Source: Deltaproteobacteria bacterium (GTDB lineage: Bacteria; Myxococcota; Kuafuiibacteriia; Kuafuiibacteriales; Kuafuiibacteriaceae). From it: a DNA stretch of 64,000 bases. The DNA lies in the NCBI GenBank assembly GCA_011526105.1, contig WYAZ01000107.1, forward strand, positions 12,865 to 76,864. The letters are read 5' to 3'. The first letter of the stretch is position 1. The number at the start of each line of letters is the position of its first letter. The notes beneath the pieces are model-generated. The model had not been told where the DNA came from. It was given only the letters and a program-made list of their open reading frames with translations, and made no database searches. Of the stretch, positions 25,913 to 35,377 are shown piece by piece. The position numbers and the translations under genes were made by a program.

Positions 25913-28029
25913 ACAGCCTCTCCTATTGGGCGGTGCTCTTTGTCGCCTCCGTCCGCAACATCTTCACACACAAGCTGAAGAGCGCGGTGGTGGGGCTGCT
26001 CATGTGTTTTGGGACCGGCTTGGTGGTGACCGGGACCGCGCTGCTCGACAGCATGGAAGACTCCATGTCCAAGAGCATCACCTCGAGCCTCGCCGGACAT
26101 CTGCAGGTCTACTCTGCCGAGGCCAAGGACGAGCTCGCGCTCTTTGGCGGGATGATGATGGGTCGCGAGGACATCGGGCGAATCGCCAACTTCGAAGATC
26201 TCGAGCGCGTGGCGGAGCAGGTCGAGAACGTGCGGGCCATCGTGCCGATGGGCATCGACATCGCCAGCATCACCGGCGGCAACGAAACCGACCGTGTCGC
26301 GGATACGCTGCGGACCGCAGTGGCGGCTCGAGATCAGGCCCAGATCGACCTCTTGCGTTTGCAGCTCAGCCTCATGGCGGACGCGCTGCGAAGTGAGTTC
26401 GAGGCCAAGCAGGCCATCACCGCCGACAAGGAGGCGCTGGCCGCCGACCTTCAGAACCTCGACCGACTCCAATCGGATGCCTTCTGGTTGAGTCTGTCGG
26501 ACGACCCGGAGCTGGCGATCCAGTTCATCGAGACCAAGATCGCCCCGATGTCCTCGGATGGCCTCATCGTCTATCTCCGCTACGTCGGGACCGACTTGGA
26601 CGAGTTTACGAAGAATTTCGAGCGATTCGAGATCGTCAAAGGCGAGGCGGTGCCGGCGGGCCACCGTGGCTTCCTGTTCGCCGAGAAGTTCTACGAGGAC
26701 CACGTGAAGCACAAGGTGGCCAGGGACCTAGATCGCATTCATCGTCAGGTGCACGAAGAAGAGAAGACGATCGCCGAGGATGCGCTGCTTCGGACCAAGG
26801 TCGGGCAGATGTCCCGTCAGTACCGCCGCATCTCCTTTCAGCTTCGCCCCGATGACGCCCAGAACTTGACCTCGGAGCTCCGGACCATGATGCCGGAAGT
26901 TCGTGCGAAGGATGGCGCTGAGCCGAGCCTCGAGGTGCTGCTGCAGGCTTTCCTCGAGGTGAACGATCAGAACCTCGATGAGCGCTACGCCTACTTCTAC
27001 GAATCGATCGCGCCCAAGATCGAGTTGTACAAGATCAAGGTCGGCGACGTGATGACCATTCGCGCCTATACCCGCAGCGGTTACCTGAAGGCCGTCAACA
27101 CCAAGGTCTACGGCACCTTCAACTTCCGTGGGCTCGAGCGCTCCGATCTCGCGGCCGCGGCCAACTTGATGGACATCGTCACCTTTCGAGATCTGTACGG
27201 CCTGATGAGCGAGACCCGGCGGGAGGAGCTCGAGCAGATCCGCGAGGAGGTCGGGGCGGCTGAGATCGATCGCCAGAACGCCGAGGACACCTTGTTTGGC
27301 GGAAGCGGCCAGTCACTGGTGGCGGCCCCCGAAGACACCGCCGGTTTTGATGAGTTCCGCGGCCAGGACCTCGCCGGGATCCGCGAGGACCTCGCGGAGG
27401 CCTACAACCAACGCTTCGACGCCGAAACCGTCGCGCGCGGGGTCGCTCTGAACGCGGCGGTGGTGCTCGAGGACCCAGACCGTCTCGATGAGACCAAGGC
27501 GGCGCTGCAGGCGGCCTTCGACCGCTCCGGCCAACCCATGAAGGTCGTGGACTGGCAGACCGCCTCGGGTATCGTCGGGCAGTTCATCATCGTGATTCGG
27601 CTCGTGCTCTACGTGGCCATCTTCATCATCTTCCTCGTCGCGCTCGTCATCATCAACAACACGATGGTCATGGCCACGATGGAACGCACCACCGAGATCG
27701 GCACCTTGAGGGCCATGGGCGCCCAGCGGAGCACGGTCATGACCATGTTTCTCTTCGAGACGGTGGTGCTGGGCCTGCTCGCCGGGGTCGCGGGTGCGCT
27801 CGGCGGCGCGCTCTTCGTGACTTGGCTCGGCCATGTCGGCATCCCGGCCGGAAACCAAGACACCCTCATCTTCCTCTTTGGTGGGCCGCGGATGTATCCG
27901 GCCTTTGGCCTCGCGAACCTCGCGGTGGGGCTCGTCTCCATCTTGGTGGTGAGCCTCGTTTCGACGCTCTATCCCGCCCGGCTCGCGACACGTATCCCGC
28001 CGGTGGTGGCCATGCAGGCGAAGGACTGA
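25909..28029 (+). CDS. ABC transporter permease, FtsX/MacB-type with very large periplasmic domain
   Basis: GTGA start/stop overlap with the ATPase gene. TM1 LKSAVVGLLMCFGTGLVVTG. About 500-aa extracytoplasmic region. C-terminal FtsX module EIGTLRAMGAQRS.... Confidence 0.85.
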   Translation: MNSLSYWAVLFVASVRNIFTHKLKSAVVGLLMCFGTGLVVTGTALLDSMEDSMSKSITSSLAGHLQVYSAEAKDELALFGGMMMGREDIGRIANFEDLERVAEQVENVRAIVPMGIDIASITGGNETDRVADTLRTAVAARDQAQIDLLRLQLSLMADALRSEFEAKQAITADKEALAADLQNLDRLQSDAFWLSLSDDPELAIQFIETKIAPMSSDGLIVYLRYVGTDLDEFTKNFERFEIVKGEAVPAGHRGFLFAEKFYEDHVKHKVARDLDRIHRQVHEEEKTIAEDALLRTKVGQMSRQYRRISFQLRPDDAQNLTSELRTMMPEVRAKDGAEPSLEVLLQAFLEVNDQNLDERYAYFYESIAPKIELYKIKVGDVMTIRAYTRSGYLKAVNTKVYGTFNFRGLERSDLAAAANLMDIVTFRDLYGLMSETRREELEQIREEVGAAEIDRQNAEDTLFGGSGQSLVAAPEDTAGFDEFRGQDLAGIREDLAEAYNQRFDAETVARGVALNAAVVLEDPDRLDETKAALQAAFDRSGQPMKVVDWQTASGIVGQFIIVIRLVLYVAIFIIFLVALVIINNTMVMATMERTTEIGTLRAMGAQRSTVMTMFLFETVVLGLLAGVAGALGGALFVTWLGHVGIPAGNQDTLIFLFGGPRMYPAFGLANLAVGLVSILVVSLVSTLYPARLATRIPPVVAMQAKD

Positions 28030-28032
28030 GGC

Positions 28033-29379
28033 ATGAACACCGTGTACTTCGAGATCGCCGCTCGCAACTTGCTCCAGTCGAAGCGCCGCACGTTCCTTCT
28101 CGGCCTGGCCTTGGCGCTGGTGACCATGCTCTTGGTCATGCTCCTCGCGCTCTCGCAGGGGCTCACCGAGACCATGATCCGGTCGGCGACCACGCTCTCG
28201 GCCGGGCATATCAACGTCGCCGGCTTCTACAAGGCGAACGCCAACGACGCGGCACCGATGGTCACGAACGTGGATGCGATCCGGAAGATCGTCGAGGAGA
28301 ACACTCCAGGGCTCGACTACGTCGTCGATAGGCATCGTGGTTGGGCCCGGGTCGTGAGCGAGAGTTCCTCCACGCAAGCCGGGTTGACCGGCATCGACAT
28401 TCGCTCGGAGCCGCGTTTTGGGCAGACCATCCAGCTGGCGCTGGAGAGTGACTACAAGGAGGGCGGACGGGCCGAGGTCGTCGGCCGCCTCGAGGATCTC
28501 GAGCAGCCGGACAGCGTGCTGATCTTTGCCGCCCAGGCCAAGCGCCTCGAGGTCGGCGTGGGCGACGCGCTCACGGTGATCATCGAGACCCTCAATGGTG
28601 CGCGCAACACCACCGACGTCACGGTCGTCGCGGTCGCCAAAGACCTCGGCATGATGAGCAACTGGAGCATGTTTCTCCCCAAGCAGACCATCCTCGATAT
28701 GTACCGCTTGAAGTCGGACACGACCGGCGCGGTGATGGTCTATCTGAAGGACATCGAAGAGTCCGAGAAGGTCATGGGGACGCTGCGTGAGGTGTTTGTC
28801 GATCGGGGCTACGTCCTCATGGACCACGACCCGCAGCCGTTCTGGATGAAGTTTGAGCGGGTCTCCGGCGAAGACTGGCTCGGTCAGAAGCTCGACCTCA
28901 CCATCTGGAGGGACGAGGTCTCCTTCCTCGAGTTCGTCTTCACCGCGGTGAACACGGTCTCGTTCTTCCTGCTGGGCATCCTGCTGGTCATCATCGTCGT
29001 CGGCATCATGAACAGCATGTACATGTCGGTGCGCGAGCGCACGCGCGAGGTCGGGACCATCCGTGCCATCGGCATGCCCAAGTATGGGGTGCTCGGCATG
29101 TTCATGCTCGAAGCGGTGGTACTCGGCATCGTCGCTACGACGGTGGGCGGGCTCATGGGCGCGGCCTTCTCGGCTGCGATTGACGCCTGGGCTCCGCCGG
29201 TGCCGGTCGAGGCGGTGCAGGCGATTCTGATGAGCGACCGGCTGCACCTCGCGGTCCGGCCGGGTCAGATCATCACCGCCATCGTCGCCTTTAGTCTCGT
29301 GACCATGCTGGCCTCACTGTGGCCGGCGCTCAAGGCGGCCAAGATGCAGCCGGTCGACGCCATCCACTCTGCTGGCTAG
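28033..29379 (+). CDS. ABC transporter permease, FtsX/MacB-type (second subunit)
   Basis: 448 aa. N-terminal TM, a periplasmic domain, then the FtsX module EVGTIRAIGMPKYGV...LKAAKMQPVDAI. Confidence 0.85.
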   Translation: MNTVYFEIAARNLLQSKRRTFLLGLALALVTMLLVMLLALSQGLTETMIRSATTLSAGHINVAGFYKANANDAAPMVTNVDAIRKIVEENTPGLDYVVDRHRGWARVVSESSSTQAGLTGIDIRSEPRFGQTIQLALESDYKEGGRAEVVGRLEDLEQPDSVLIFAAQAKRLEVGVGDALTVIIETLNGARNTTDVTVVAVAKDLGMMSNWSMFLPKQTILDMYRLKSDTTGAVMVYLKDIEESEKVMGTLREVFVDRGYVLMDHDPQPFWMKFERVSGEDWLGQKLDLTIWRDEVSFLEFVFTAVNTVSFFLLGILLVIIVVGIMNSMYMSVRERTREVGTIRAIGMPKYGVLGMFMLEAVVLGIVATTVGGLMGAAFSAAIDAWAPPVPVEAVQAILMSDRLHLAVRPGQIITAIVAFSLVTMLASLWPALKAAKMQPVDAIHSAG

Positions 29380-29388
29380 GAGGAACCC

Positions 29389-30168
29389 ATGAAGTCTCTT
29401 GCCCCTCTCTTTGTCGTTCTTCTTTCAGCGGCGTTTGCGCCGCGCGCGGCCCATGCGCTCGGACAGAGCGAGGTCGACGCCATCGTCAAGGAGCTGGACG
29501 AACGTCAGCGGAACAACGGTGACTACAAGTCGCTCGTCTACATCGAGCAGAAGGAGAAGAACAAGAACGACCTCATCTATCAAGCGGTGGTGTATCGGCG
29601 CGATGAAGACGACAAGCTCATGATCCTGTTCATGCAGCCCAAGGCGGAGGCGGGCAAAGGTTACCTCCGCATCGACAAGAACCTCTTCATGTACGATCCC
29701 ACGGTGGGCCGGTGGGAGCGACGGACCGAGCGCGAGCGAATTGGTGGCACGGACTCGAGGCGGGCGGATTTCGATGAGTCGCGTATGGCCGAGGAGTTTG
29801 ACGCGCGGTTTGTGGCGACCGAGAAGCTCGGGGCGTTTGATGTGGCGCACCTGAAGCTCTCTGCGAAGAAGGGCGTGGATGTCGCTTATCCGGTGCTCGA
29901 GCTCTGGGTCGACACGAAGACCGGGAACTTGCTGAAGCAGCAGGAGATCGCTCTGTCGGGTCGATTGATGCGCACCTCCTATTATCCGAAGTGGGAGAAG
30001 ATGCACTCGCCCTCCAAGGGCAGCGACGTCTACTTCCCGAAAGAGATACGCATCTTCGACGAGGTCGAGAAGGGCAACCAGACGCTCATTGTGATGCAGA
30101 AGGTCGACCTCTCCTCGCTCGAGGCCAACATGTTCACGAAGGCCTGGCTCGAGAGTAAGAGCCGATGA
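29389..30168 (+). CDS. LolA-like outer-membrane lipoprotein-sorting protein
   Basis: Signal peptide LFVVLLSAAFAPRAAHA. LolA_like-type sequence (YIEQKEKNKNDLIYQAVVYRRDEDDKLMILFMQPKAEAGKGYLRIDKNLFMYDP). Confidence 0.7.
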   Translation: MKSLAPLFVVLLSAAFAPRAAHALGQSEVDAIVKELDERQRNNGDYKSLVYIEQKEKNKNDLIYQAVVYRRDEDDKLMILFMQPKAEAGKGYLRIDKNLFMYDPTVGRWERRTERERIGGTDSRRADFDESRMAEEFDARFVATEKLGAFDVAHLKLSAKKGVDVAYPVLELWVDTKTGNLLKQQEIALSGRLMRTSYYPKWEKMHSPSKGSDVYFPKEIRIFDEVEKGNQTLIVMQKVDLSSLEANMFTKAWLESKSR

Positions 30169-31727
30169 GAGCGCTCATGCTCGGCAGCTTGCTGAGCCTG
30201 TTCGGGGGCGCCGCCTTCGCGCAGTCCGAAAGCGACCGCGAGGCCGCGATCTTTGGTGAGGTGCCGAGCGTAGGCACGTCCAGCACCGCGACCGTCGCTG
30301 AGTCCCAGCGCCTCGAAGACGCGCTCTTTGGATCTGAAACGGTCACTCCGAGCGCTGAGGGCACCTCGTCTCCAGACGGCGACTTTGGCTGGGTCCAGGA
30401 GAAGCTCGGCGCCGCGCACGACTACCTCGAGCTCGGAGGGTTCTTGTGGCTGCGCGGGCAGTACAGCTTCGTCGACGGTGAGAATCCGGAGACCTATGCG
30501 CTTCAGAGCCCCAACTTCGCAGACCTCTACCTCGACGCGCGCCCGAACGATCGCGTGCGCGCCTATTTTCGAGGTCGGCTTCGGTACGATCCTTCGATCG
30601 CGGAGGGCAGCCCGGGCTTCTTGGGCACGACGCTCGAGGAGACACGAGTGCAGCTCGACCAGCTCTGGCTCAAGTTCGACATCGCTCGCACCGTTTTTGT
30701 CACGCTGGGCAAAGAACGCATCAAGTGGGGGGTCGGCCGCTTCTGGATCCCCACCGACTTCTTGAACCAGCAGGTGCTCGATCCGCTCAACGGAGTTGTG
30801 CTCTTCGACGAGCGGCTGGGCGTCAACATGCTCAAGCTTCACGTGCCGGTGGAGTCGCTCGGGTGGAACTTCTACGCGATCGCGACGACGGACGATGCGT
30901 TCTCGCCGGAGCGGGTGGGCGGCGCCTTCAAGGCCGAGTTTCTCGTGGGTCAGACCGAGCTCGCTCTGGCCGCCAACGTTCGCAAGGACGCACCGGTGCG
31001 GCTGGGGGCCACGGTGTCCACTGGGGTCTGGCTCTTTGACCTTCGGGCCGAGGCCTCGATCGAGCACGGCAACAAGCAGGCCTTCGTGCGTGGTCAGTGT
31101 CGTCCCAACGCGTTCATCGACGGCGTGAACCGAGGCACCATCGATGTGCTCGGCCGGCCCTTGGAGCTCGACAGCTACCCCGAGTTCTTCGGAGAGGCGT
31201 ACTCCCGCGAAGACGAGTGGATTCCTCGAGCGGTGTTCGGGGCCGAGTTCGGACTGGGCGTATTCGACGACGATACGCTCTATTTGGGGGCCGAGTACTT
31301 CTACAACGGAGCGGGCTACGGAGGCTCCGACCTCTACTACTGCTTGGCGACGCGCGGCGCCTTCACGCCGTTCTTTCTCGGCGAGCACTACGCCGCGCTC
31401 TATGCGCTGCTTCCGGCGCCGGGGCGCTGGGACGACTCCACCTTTGTGCTCTCTTCCATCGCCAACCTCTCGGATCTATCGTCGGTCCTTCGCTTCGACT
31501 TCACGCAGCTTCTGTTTCGATACTTGAGCCTCAACGCCTTTCTGCAGGTGCACTTCGGCGAGGCGGGGGACGAGTTCAGCTTCGCGGCGGAGACCATCCC
31601 GCTGGAGCTGCCTGCGGGTTTGCCGGAGTCGGTGACGAACGACCCCACGGTTCAGCTGCTTGCGGCCGGTCTCAGGGTGGACAAGCCGATCTTCGAGGTC
31701 GGCTTTGGGTTGCGCTTGAACTATTGA
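30165..31727 (+). CDS. putative outer-membrane beta-barrel protein
   Basis: ATGA overlap with the LolA-like gene. Signal peptide [12 protein letters not shown]. Alternating-hydrophobicity strands. C-terminal beta-signal-like [11 protein letters not shown]. Confidence 0.6.
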   Translation: MRALMLGSLLSLFGGAAFAQSESDREAAIFGEVPSVGTSSTATVAESQRLEDALFGSETVTPSAEGTSSPDGDFGWVQEKLGAAHDYLELGGFLWLRGQYSFVDGENPETYALQSPNFADLYLDARPNDRVRAYFRGRLRYDPSIAEGSPGFLGTTLEETRVQLDQLWLKFDIARTVFVTLGKERIKWGVGRFWIPTDFLNQQVLDPLNGVVLFDERLGVNMLKLHVPVESLGWNFYAIATTDDAFSPERVGGAFKAEFLVGQTELALAANVRKDAPVRLGATVSTGVWLFDLRAEASIEHGNKQAFVRGQCRPNAFIDGVNRGTIDVLGRPLELDSYPEFFGEAYSREDEWIPRAVFGAEFGLGVFDDDTLYLGAEYFYNGAGYGGSDLYYCLATRGAFTPFFLGEHYAALYALLPAPGRWDDSTFVLSSIANLSDLSSVLRFDFTQLLFRYLSLNAFLQVHFGEAGDEFSFAAETIPLELPAGLPESVTNDPTVQLLAAGLRVDKPIFEVGFGLRLNY

Positions 31728-31759
31728 GCCCTGCGCGCCCTCGTGGGTATGCTCGCGGC

Positions 31760-32926
31760 ATGAATCAGCCGCGAGTGATCATGCAGGACGACGAGATCTT
31801 CACCGAGGAGCATCGTGCGTTTCGAAAGACGGTGCGCCAGTTCGCCGACAGCCTCGCCCCTCACGCCGAGGAGTGGGATGAGGCGGGCATCTTTCCCAAG
31901 GAGATCTTCAAGCAGGCGGCCGATCTCGGCCTGATGGGCATTCGGGTTCCGGAGGCTTGGGGCGGCAGTCACCTCGATTGGTGGTTCACGACTTGTTACG
32001 TGGAGGAGCTCGTCCACACGTACAGCGCCGGCCTCAACATGGCCCTGATGGTGCAGTCGGACATGGCCACCCCGATCATCGCGGAGATCGGCAGCGACGA
32101 GATCAAGCGCGAGTTTCTGCTCCCTGCCGTCCAGGGAGACAAGATCGCCGCCCTCGGGGTGAGCGAGCCCGGCGGAGGCTCCGACGTGGCGGCGATTCGC
32201 ACCACCGCGCGTTCGGACGGTGACGACTACATCATCAACGGTCAGAAGCTGTGGATCACCAACGGCAGCCGCGCCGACTTCATCACGCTCGCGGTGCGAA
32301 CCGGTGACGACGGCTTCGGTGGCATATCGCTGGTGGTGTTCCCCACCGACGTCAAAGGCTTTCACGTCGGAAAGAAGCTCAAGAAGATCGGCAACAAGTG
32401 CTCGGACACCGCCGAGCTGTTCTTCGAGGACTGCCGCATACCCAAACGCTACATCCTCGGTGAAGAGAATATGGGCTTCTATCACATCATGACGAACTTC
32501 CAGGGCGAGCGACTCGTGGCGGCGCTGGGGTGTGTGGCAGGCATGCAACTCGCGGTGCGAGATGCGGTCCGCTACGGCAACGAGCGCAGCGCCTTCGGCA
32601 AGCCGATCGCGAAGTTTCAGGTGTGGCGGCACAAGCTCGCCGAACACCTCACCGCGATCGAGGCGGCCAAGCGGCTCGGCTATTTCGCGGTGGACAAGGT
32701 CATGAAGGACTCCGCAGGCGCTACACGGGAGATCACGATGGCGAAGTTGTTCGCGGGGGACCTCGCGCAGAAGGTTATCTACGACTGCATGCAGATGTAC
32801 GGGGGGTTTGGGTACACGACGGAGTACCCGATCAGTCGTGCCTTCACCGACGTTCGCCTCATCACGGTCGGCGGCGGCACCTCCGAGATCATGAAGGAGA
32901 TCCTCGTGAAGCTCGAGGGCCTCTAG
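31760..32926 (+). CDS. acyl-CoA dehydrogenase (second paralogue)
   Basis: 388 aa from an internal [60 protein letters not shown]. Confidence 0.9.
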   Translation: MNQPRVIMQDDEIFTEEHRAFRKTVRQFADSLAPHAEEWDEAGIFPKEIFKQAADLGLMGIRVPEAWGGSHLDWWFTTCYVEELVHTYSAGLNMALMVQSDMATPIIAEIGSDEIKREFLLPAVQGDKIAALGVSEPGGGSDVAAIRTTARSDGDDYIINGQKLWITNGSRADFITLAVRTGDDGFGGISLVVFPTDVKGFHVGKKLKKIGNKCSDTAELFFEDCRIPKRYILGEENMGFYHIMTNFQGERLVAALGCVAGMQLAVRDAVRYGNERSAFGKPIAKFQVWRHKLAEHLTAIEAAKRLGYFAVDKVMKDSAGATREITMAKLFAGDLAQKVIYDCMQMYGGFGYTTEYPISRAFTDVRLITVGGGTSEIMKEILVKLEGL

Positions 32927-32951
32927 GTAGTCAAAAAGGCGACCCAGCATC

Positions 32952-34097
32952 TTGAAATCCTGGCCTCGCGGTGGTCTGCTGGCCCCAAGGCCAAACGTGT
33001 CGTCCTTTCTCCGTTGCCGCTCTGCGCGCTTGCTCACCGCTGTCATCCTCTCCTGCCCCATGGCCTGCGGGGACGACGAGCCCGTGCGACCGGACGCCGG
33101 GCCCGCCTGTACCGCCAACGCAACCGAGTGCGCCGCTCGTGGGGCGAACTGTGGACGCGTGGACCTCCCAGACGGGACCTGCATCGTCTGCGGCACTTGC
33201 TCCAACGGGACCGAGACCTGTGGCGGCTCCGGGCAGGCCAACGTCTGCGGGTGCACGCCGCGAAACTGCGTCGAGCTGGGATTTGAGTGCGGCATGCAAG
33301 ACAGCATGTGCGGAGGCATGATCGATTGCGGCGTCTGTCTCGGCGGCGCGGACTGCATCGCCGGTAAATGTTCGAAGATCCTCGCGCTCGAAGAGCGTTG
33401 TGAGCGGACGCCCGAAGCCTGTGACGTCGGCCTCAAGTGCTGCGAGGTCGGCGGGACCGAGAGCGTATGCCTCACCGCGGACCCCAGCGGCAACTGCCCT
33501 CCGCCCAAGGCCGACATCGTGCTCGACCGCAACGCGACCGCCACCACCCTCAGCTTCGAGACGCTGAGCTTCCAACCAACCTCGTGCGCCATCTCCGATG
33601 GCTGCATCCCCGGGCCGGGGACGTATCAGCTCCTTCGTTTCGCGACCCAGATCAACAACGTCGGGCGAGCGGCGCTGTCGGCCGGCACGCCGGCGAGAGA
33701 TCCAGACTTCGTCTACGACATGTGCCACATGCACTATCACTTCGATGGCTATATGACCTTTTCACTGCGCGCGCAGGAGACCGACGGGAGCCCAGGGGCG
33801 GTGGTCGCGGGCGGAGGCAAGTACGCCTACTGCATCGAGGACGTCAGTCGCGTGGCCCCGCTGCTTCCGGGCTCTCCGGAGAACGCGTTCTATCAATGCG
33901 GAGACGGAAGTCGGCCGCAGGGTCTGTCGGTGGGCTGGGGCGACTTGTATGAGGCGGCGCTCGATTGTCAGTGGGTGGACATCACGGGGGTGGCGCCTGG
34001 AGCCTACGTGCTCGAGCTCGTGGCCAACCCCGACCGAAAACTCGACGAGAGCCGCTTCGAGAACAACACGCTCTTGGTGCCGGTGGTCATTCGCTGA
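32952..34097 (+). CDS. lysyl oxidase (LOX) family protein with Cys-rich N-terminal region
   Basis: The C-terminal half aligns by eye with the animal LOX catalytic domain. CHMHYHFDGY corresponds to CHQHYH (Cu site). GGGKYAYCIEDV corresponds to HKASFCLEDT. QGLSVGWGDLYEAALDCQWVDITGVAPGAYVLELVANP...ESRFENN corresponds to [38 protein letters not shown]...ESDYTNN. TTG start; lipoprotein-like LLTAVILSCPMAC. Confidence 0.85.
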   Translation: MKSWPRGGLLAPRPNVSSFLRCRSARLLTAVILSCPMACGDDEPVRPDAGPACTANATECAARGANCGRVDLPDGTCIVCGTCSNGTETCGGSGQANVCGCTPRNCVELGFECGMQDSMCGGMIDCGVCLGGADCIAGKCSKILALEERCERTPEACDVGLKCCEVGGTESVCLTADPSGNCPPPKADIVLDRNATATTLSFETLSFQPTSCAISDGCIPGPGTYQLLRFATQINNVGRAALSAGTPARDPDFVYDMCHMHYHFDGYMTFSLRAQETDGSPGAVVAGGGKYAYCIEDVSRVAPLLPGSPENAFYQCGDGSRPQGLSVGWGDLYEAALDCQWVDITGVAPGAYVLELVANPDRKLDESRFENNTLLVPVVIR

Positions 34098-34112
34098 TCG
34101 ACCGGATCGACC

Positions 34113-34964
34113 TCACTTGAGTCGGATCTCGAAGACCTTCTTGACCTGGGCCCGCTGCTCCGAGCTGAGCTTAGCCCAGTCGACGTAGCCCAGCGCGTCG
34201 CGGCGTTTCGAGACGAGCTCGATGACCGCCTCGTCGGTCGGCAGACGTCGGACTCGCTCGAGGCCCTCTTCCTTCTTGGCCTCGAAGTGATCCTTGATCG
34301 CCTGGTGGCTCGTGCCGAGCACGAGTTCGAGAAACACCTTCCTCAGGGCCGGGGCTCGATAGCGACCCACCGGCTTGGCGCTCGACCCGTCGGCCCAACG
34401 TCGCTCTTCTAGGTAGATGCGTTGGATCTCTTCTGTGGAGAGCTCGGTCACAGGGTTGTCGGGATGGACGATCACCGCGAGGTGTTCGGGTGGTGTCTCC
34501 TCGATAGGGAGCACCTCTGCGTCCGGCGACGGGGTCGGTGTTGGAGTCGGTGTTGGAGTTGGTGCCTTCCCCACCGCCTCGATGGCTGGTTCGGGCTCGA
34601 CGGCGGTTGCGGGCTCCGGCCGTGGATCGGGCGCGGGTTCCGGTGCGCTCTCCACATACGCGAAATCGGGGTCGGGCACCGCGATGGGCACCGGGATCTT
34701 CACCTCAGGGACCCGTCCAATCTGGGTGAGGATGCGACTCGTCACGACGACCGCGAGCGCGAGTGTGATGAGCACGCCCCCGGCCGCGAGCCATCGAGGC
34801 TTGGCTTGGGTCGGCGAGACCACGGTCGTCGGCGCATCCGAGATCCGAGTCGAGAGGGCGGGGGCGAAGGAAGGCCGCGCAGGACTTCGAGCGCTCCGCT
34901 TTCCGGGAATCGGCTCGGTGGGTTCGTCGTCCGTGTCCCGATCGTCTTTTGGATGGATGCCCAT
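34113..34964 (-). CDS. membrane-anchored protein with Pro-rich spacer and PBP (PstS-like) domain
   Basis: 283 aa from MGIHPKDD. TM WLAAGGVLITLALAVVVT. (TP)n spacer. AVIVHPDNPVTELSTEEIQRIYL...W.DGS resembles a periplasmic phosphate-binding-like domain. Confidence 0.6.
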   Translation of the reverse strand: MGIHPKDDRDTDDEPTEPIPGKRSARSPARPSFAPALSTRISDAPTTVVSPTQAKPRWLAAGGVLITLALAVVVTSRILTQIGRVPEVKIPVPIAVPDPDFAYVESAPEPAPDPRPEPATAVEPEPAIEAVGKAPTPTPTPTPTPSPDAEVLPIEETPPEHLAVIVHPDNPVTELSTEEIQRIYLEERRWADGSSAKPVGRYRAPALRKVFLELVLGTSHQAIKDHFEAKKEEGLERVRRLPTDEAVIELVSKRRDALGYVDWAKLSSEQRAQVKKVFEIRLK

Positions 34965-35140
34965 CGCCACCAGGCAGGGTAGAGAGAACGAGAAAGACGA
35001 GCAACGAAACGATCCGTTCGAGCGCGCCGGATCGCAGGAAGGTGGCGTTTCGCCCTCGTGAAACCCCGTCGGCGTGCCCGATGGGCGGGCCCCGCCTCTT
35101 TGTCTCAGCCCTCGTACCGTATCCCACCGCGGCCTCGATT

Positions 35141-35189
35141 GTGACGTCACGCGGACGTCCGCGGCGGAGCGTGACACCGCCTGTGTCAC
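35141..35189. promoter_or_regulatory. cluster of three dyad-symmetric sites (candidate enhancer/UAS)
   Basis: GTGACGTCAC (35141-35150), CGCGGACGTCCGCG (35150-35163) and GTGACAccgcctgTGTCAC (35171-35189). They lie 115-160 bp upstream of the -24/-12-like element. Confidence 0.3.
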
Positions 35190-35302
35190 CTCTAGGGCGG
35201 GTCCACGTCGCTCGAGCTAGAACGCCGCAGAAGCGCCTTTTCGAGCGCGCACGGTCGCGATCCCGCCGTCTGCGCCGAACTCCGATCACGGCGCTGCGCG
35301 GC

Positions 35303-35317
35303 TGGCACGCCAGTTGA
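35303..35317 (+). promoter_or_regulatory. candidate sigma54 (-24/-12) promoter
   Basis: cTGGCACGccagTTGAa against consensus TGGCACG-N4-TTGC(A/T). Spacing is correct and the only core mismatch is C->A at -12. It lies 61 nt upstream of the ATG at 35378, which has a strong AAGGAG RBS. Confidence 0.45.
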
Positions 35318-35377
35318 AATAGGTCTCTTCGTCCCGCGCAACCACAAAGCGGGCGCTCAAACGAAGGAGATACTCAA

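Noticed and set aside
34526-34562. Short GGTGTTGGAGT-type DNA repeats.
   Set aside because: This is simply the coding sequence of a (TP)n low-complexity linker on the minus strand, not a CRISPR or regulatory array.
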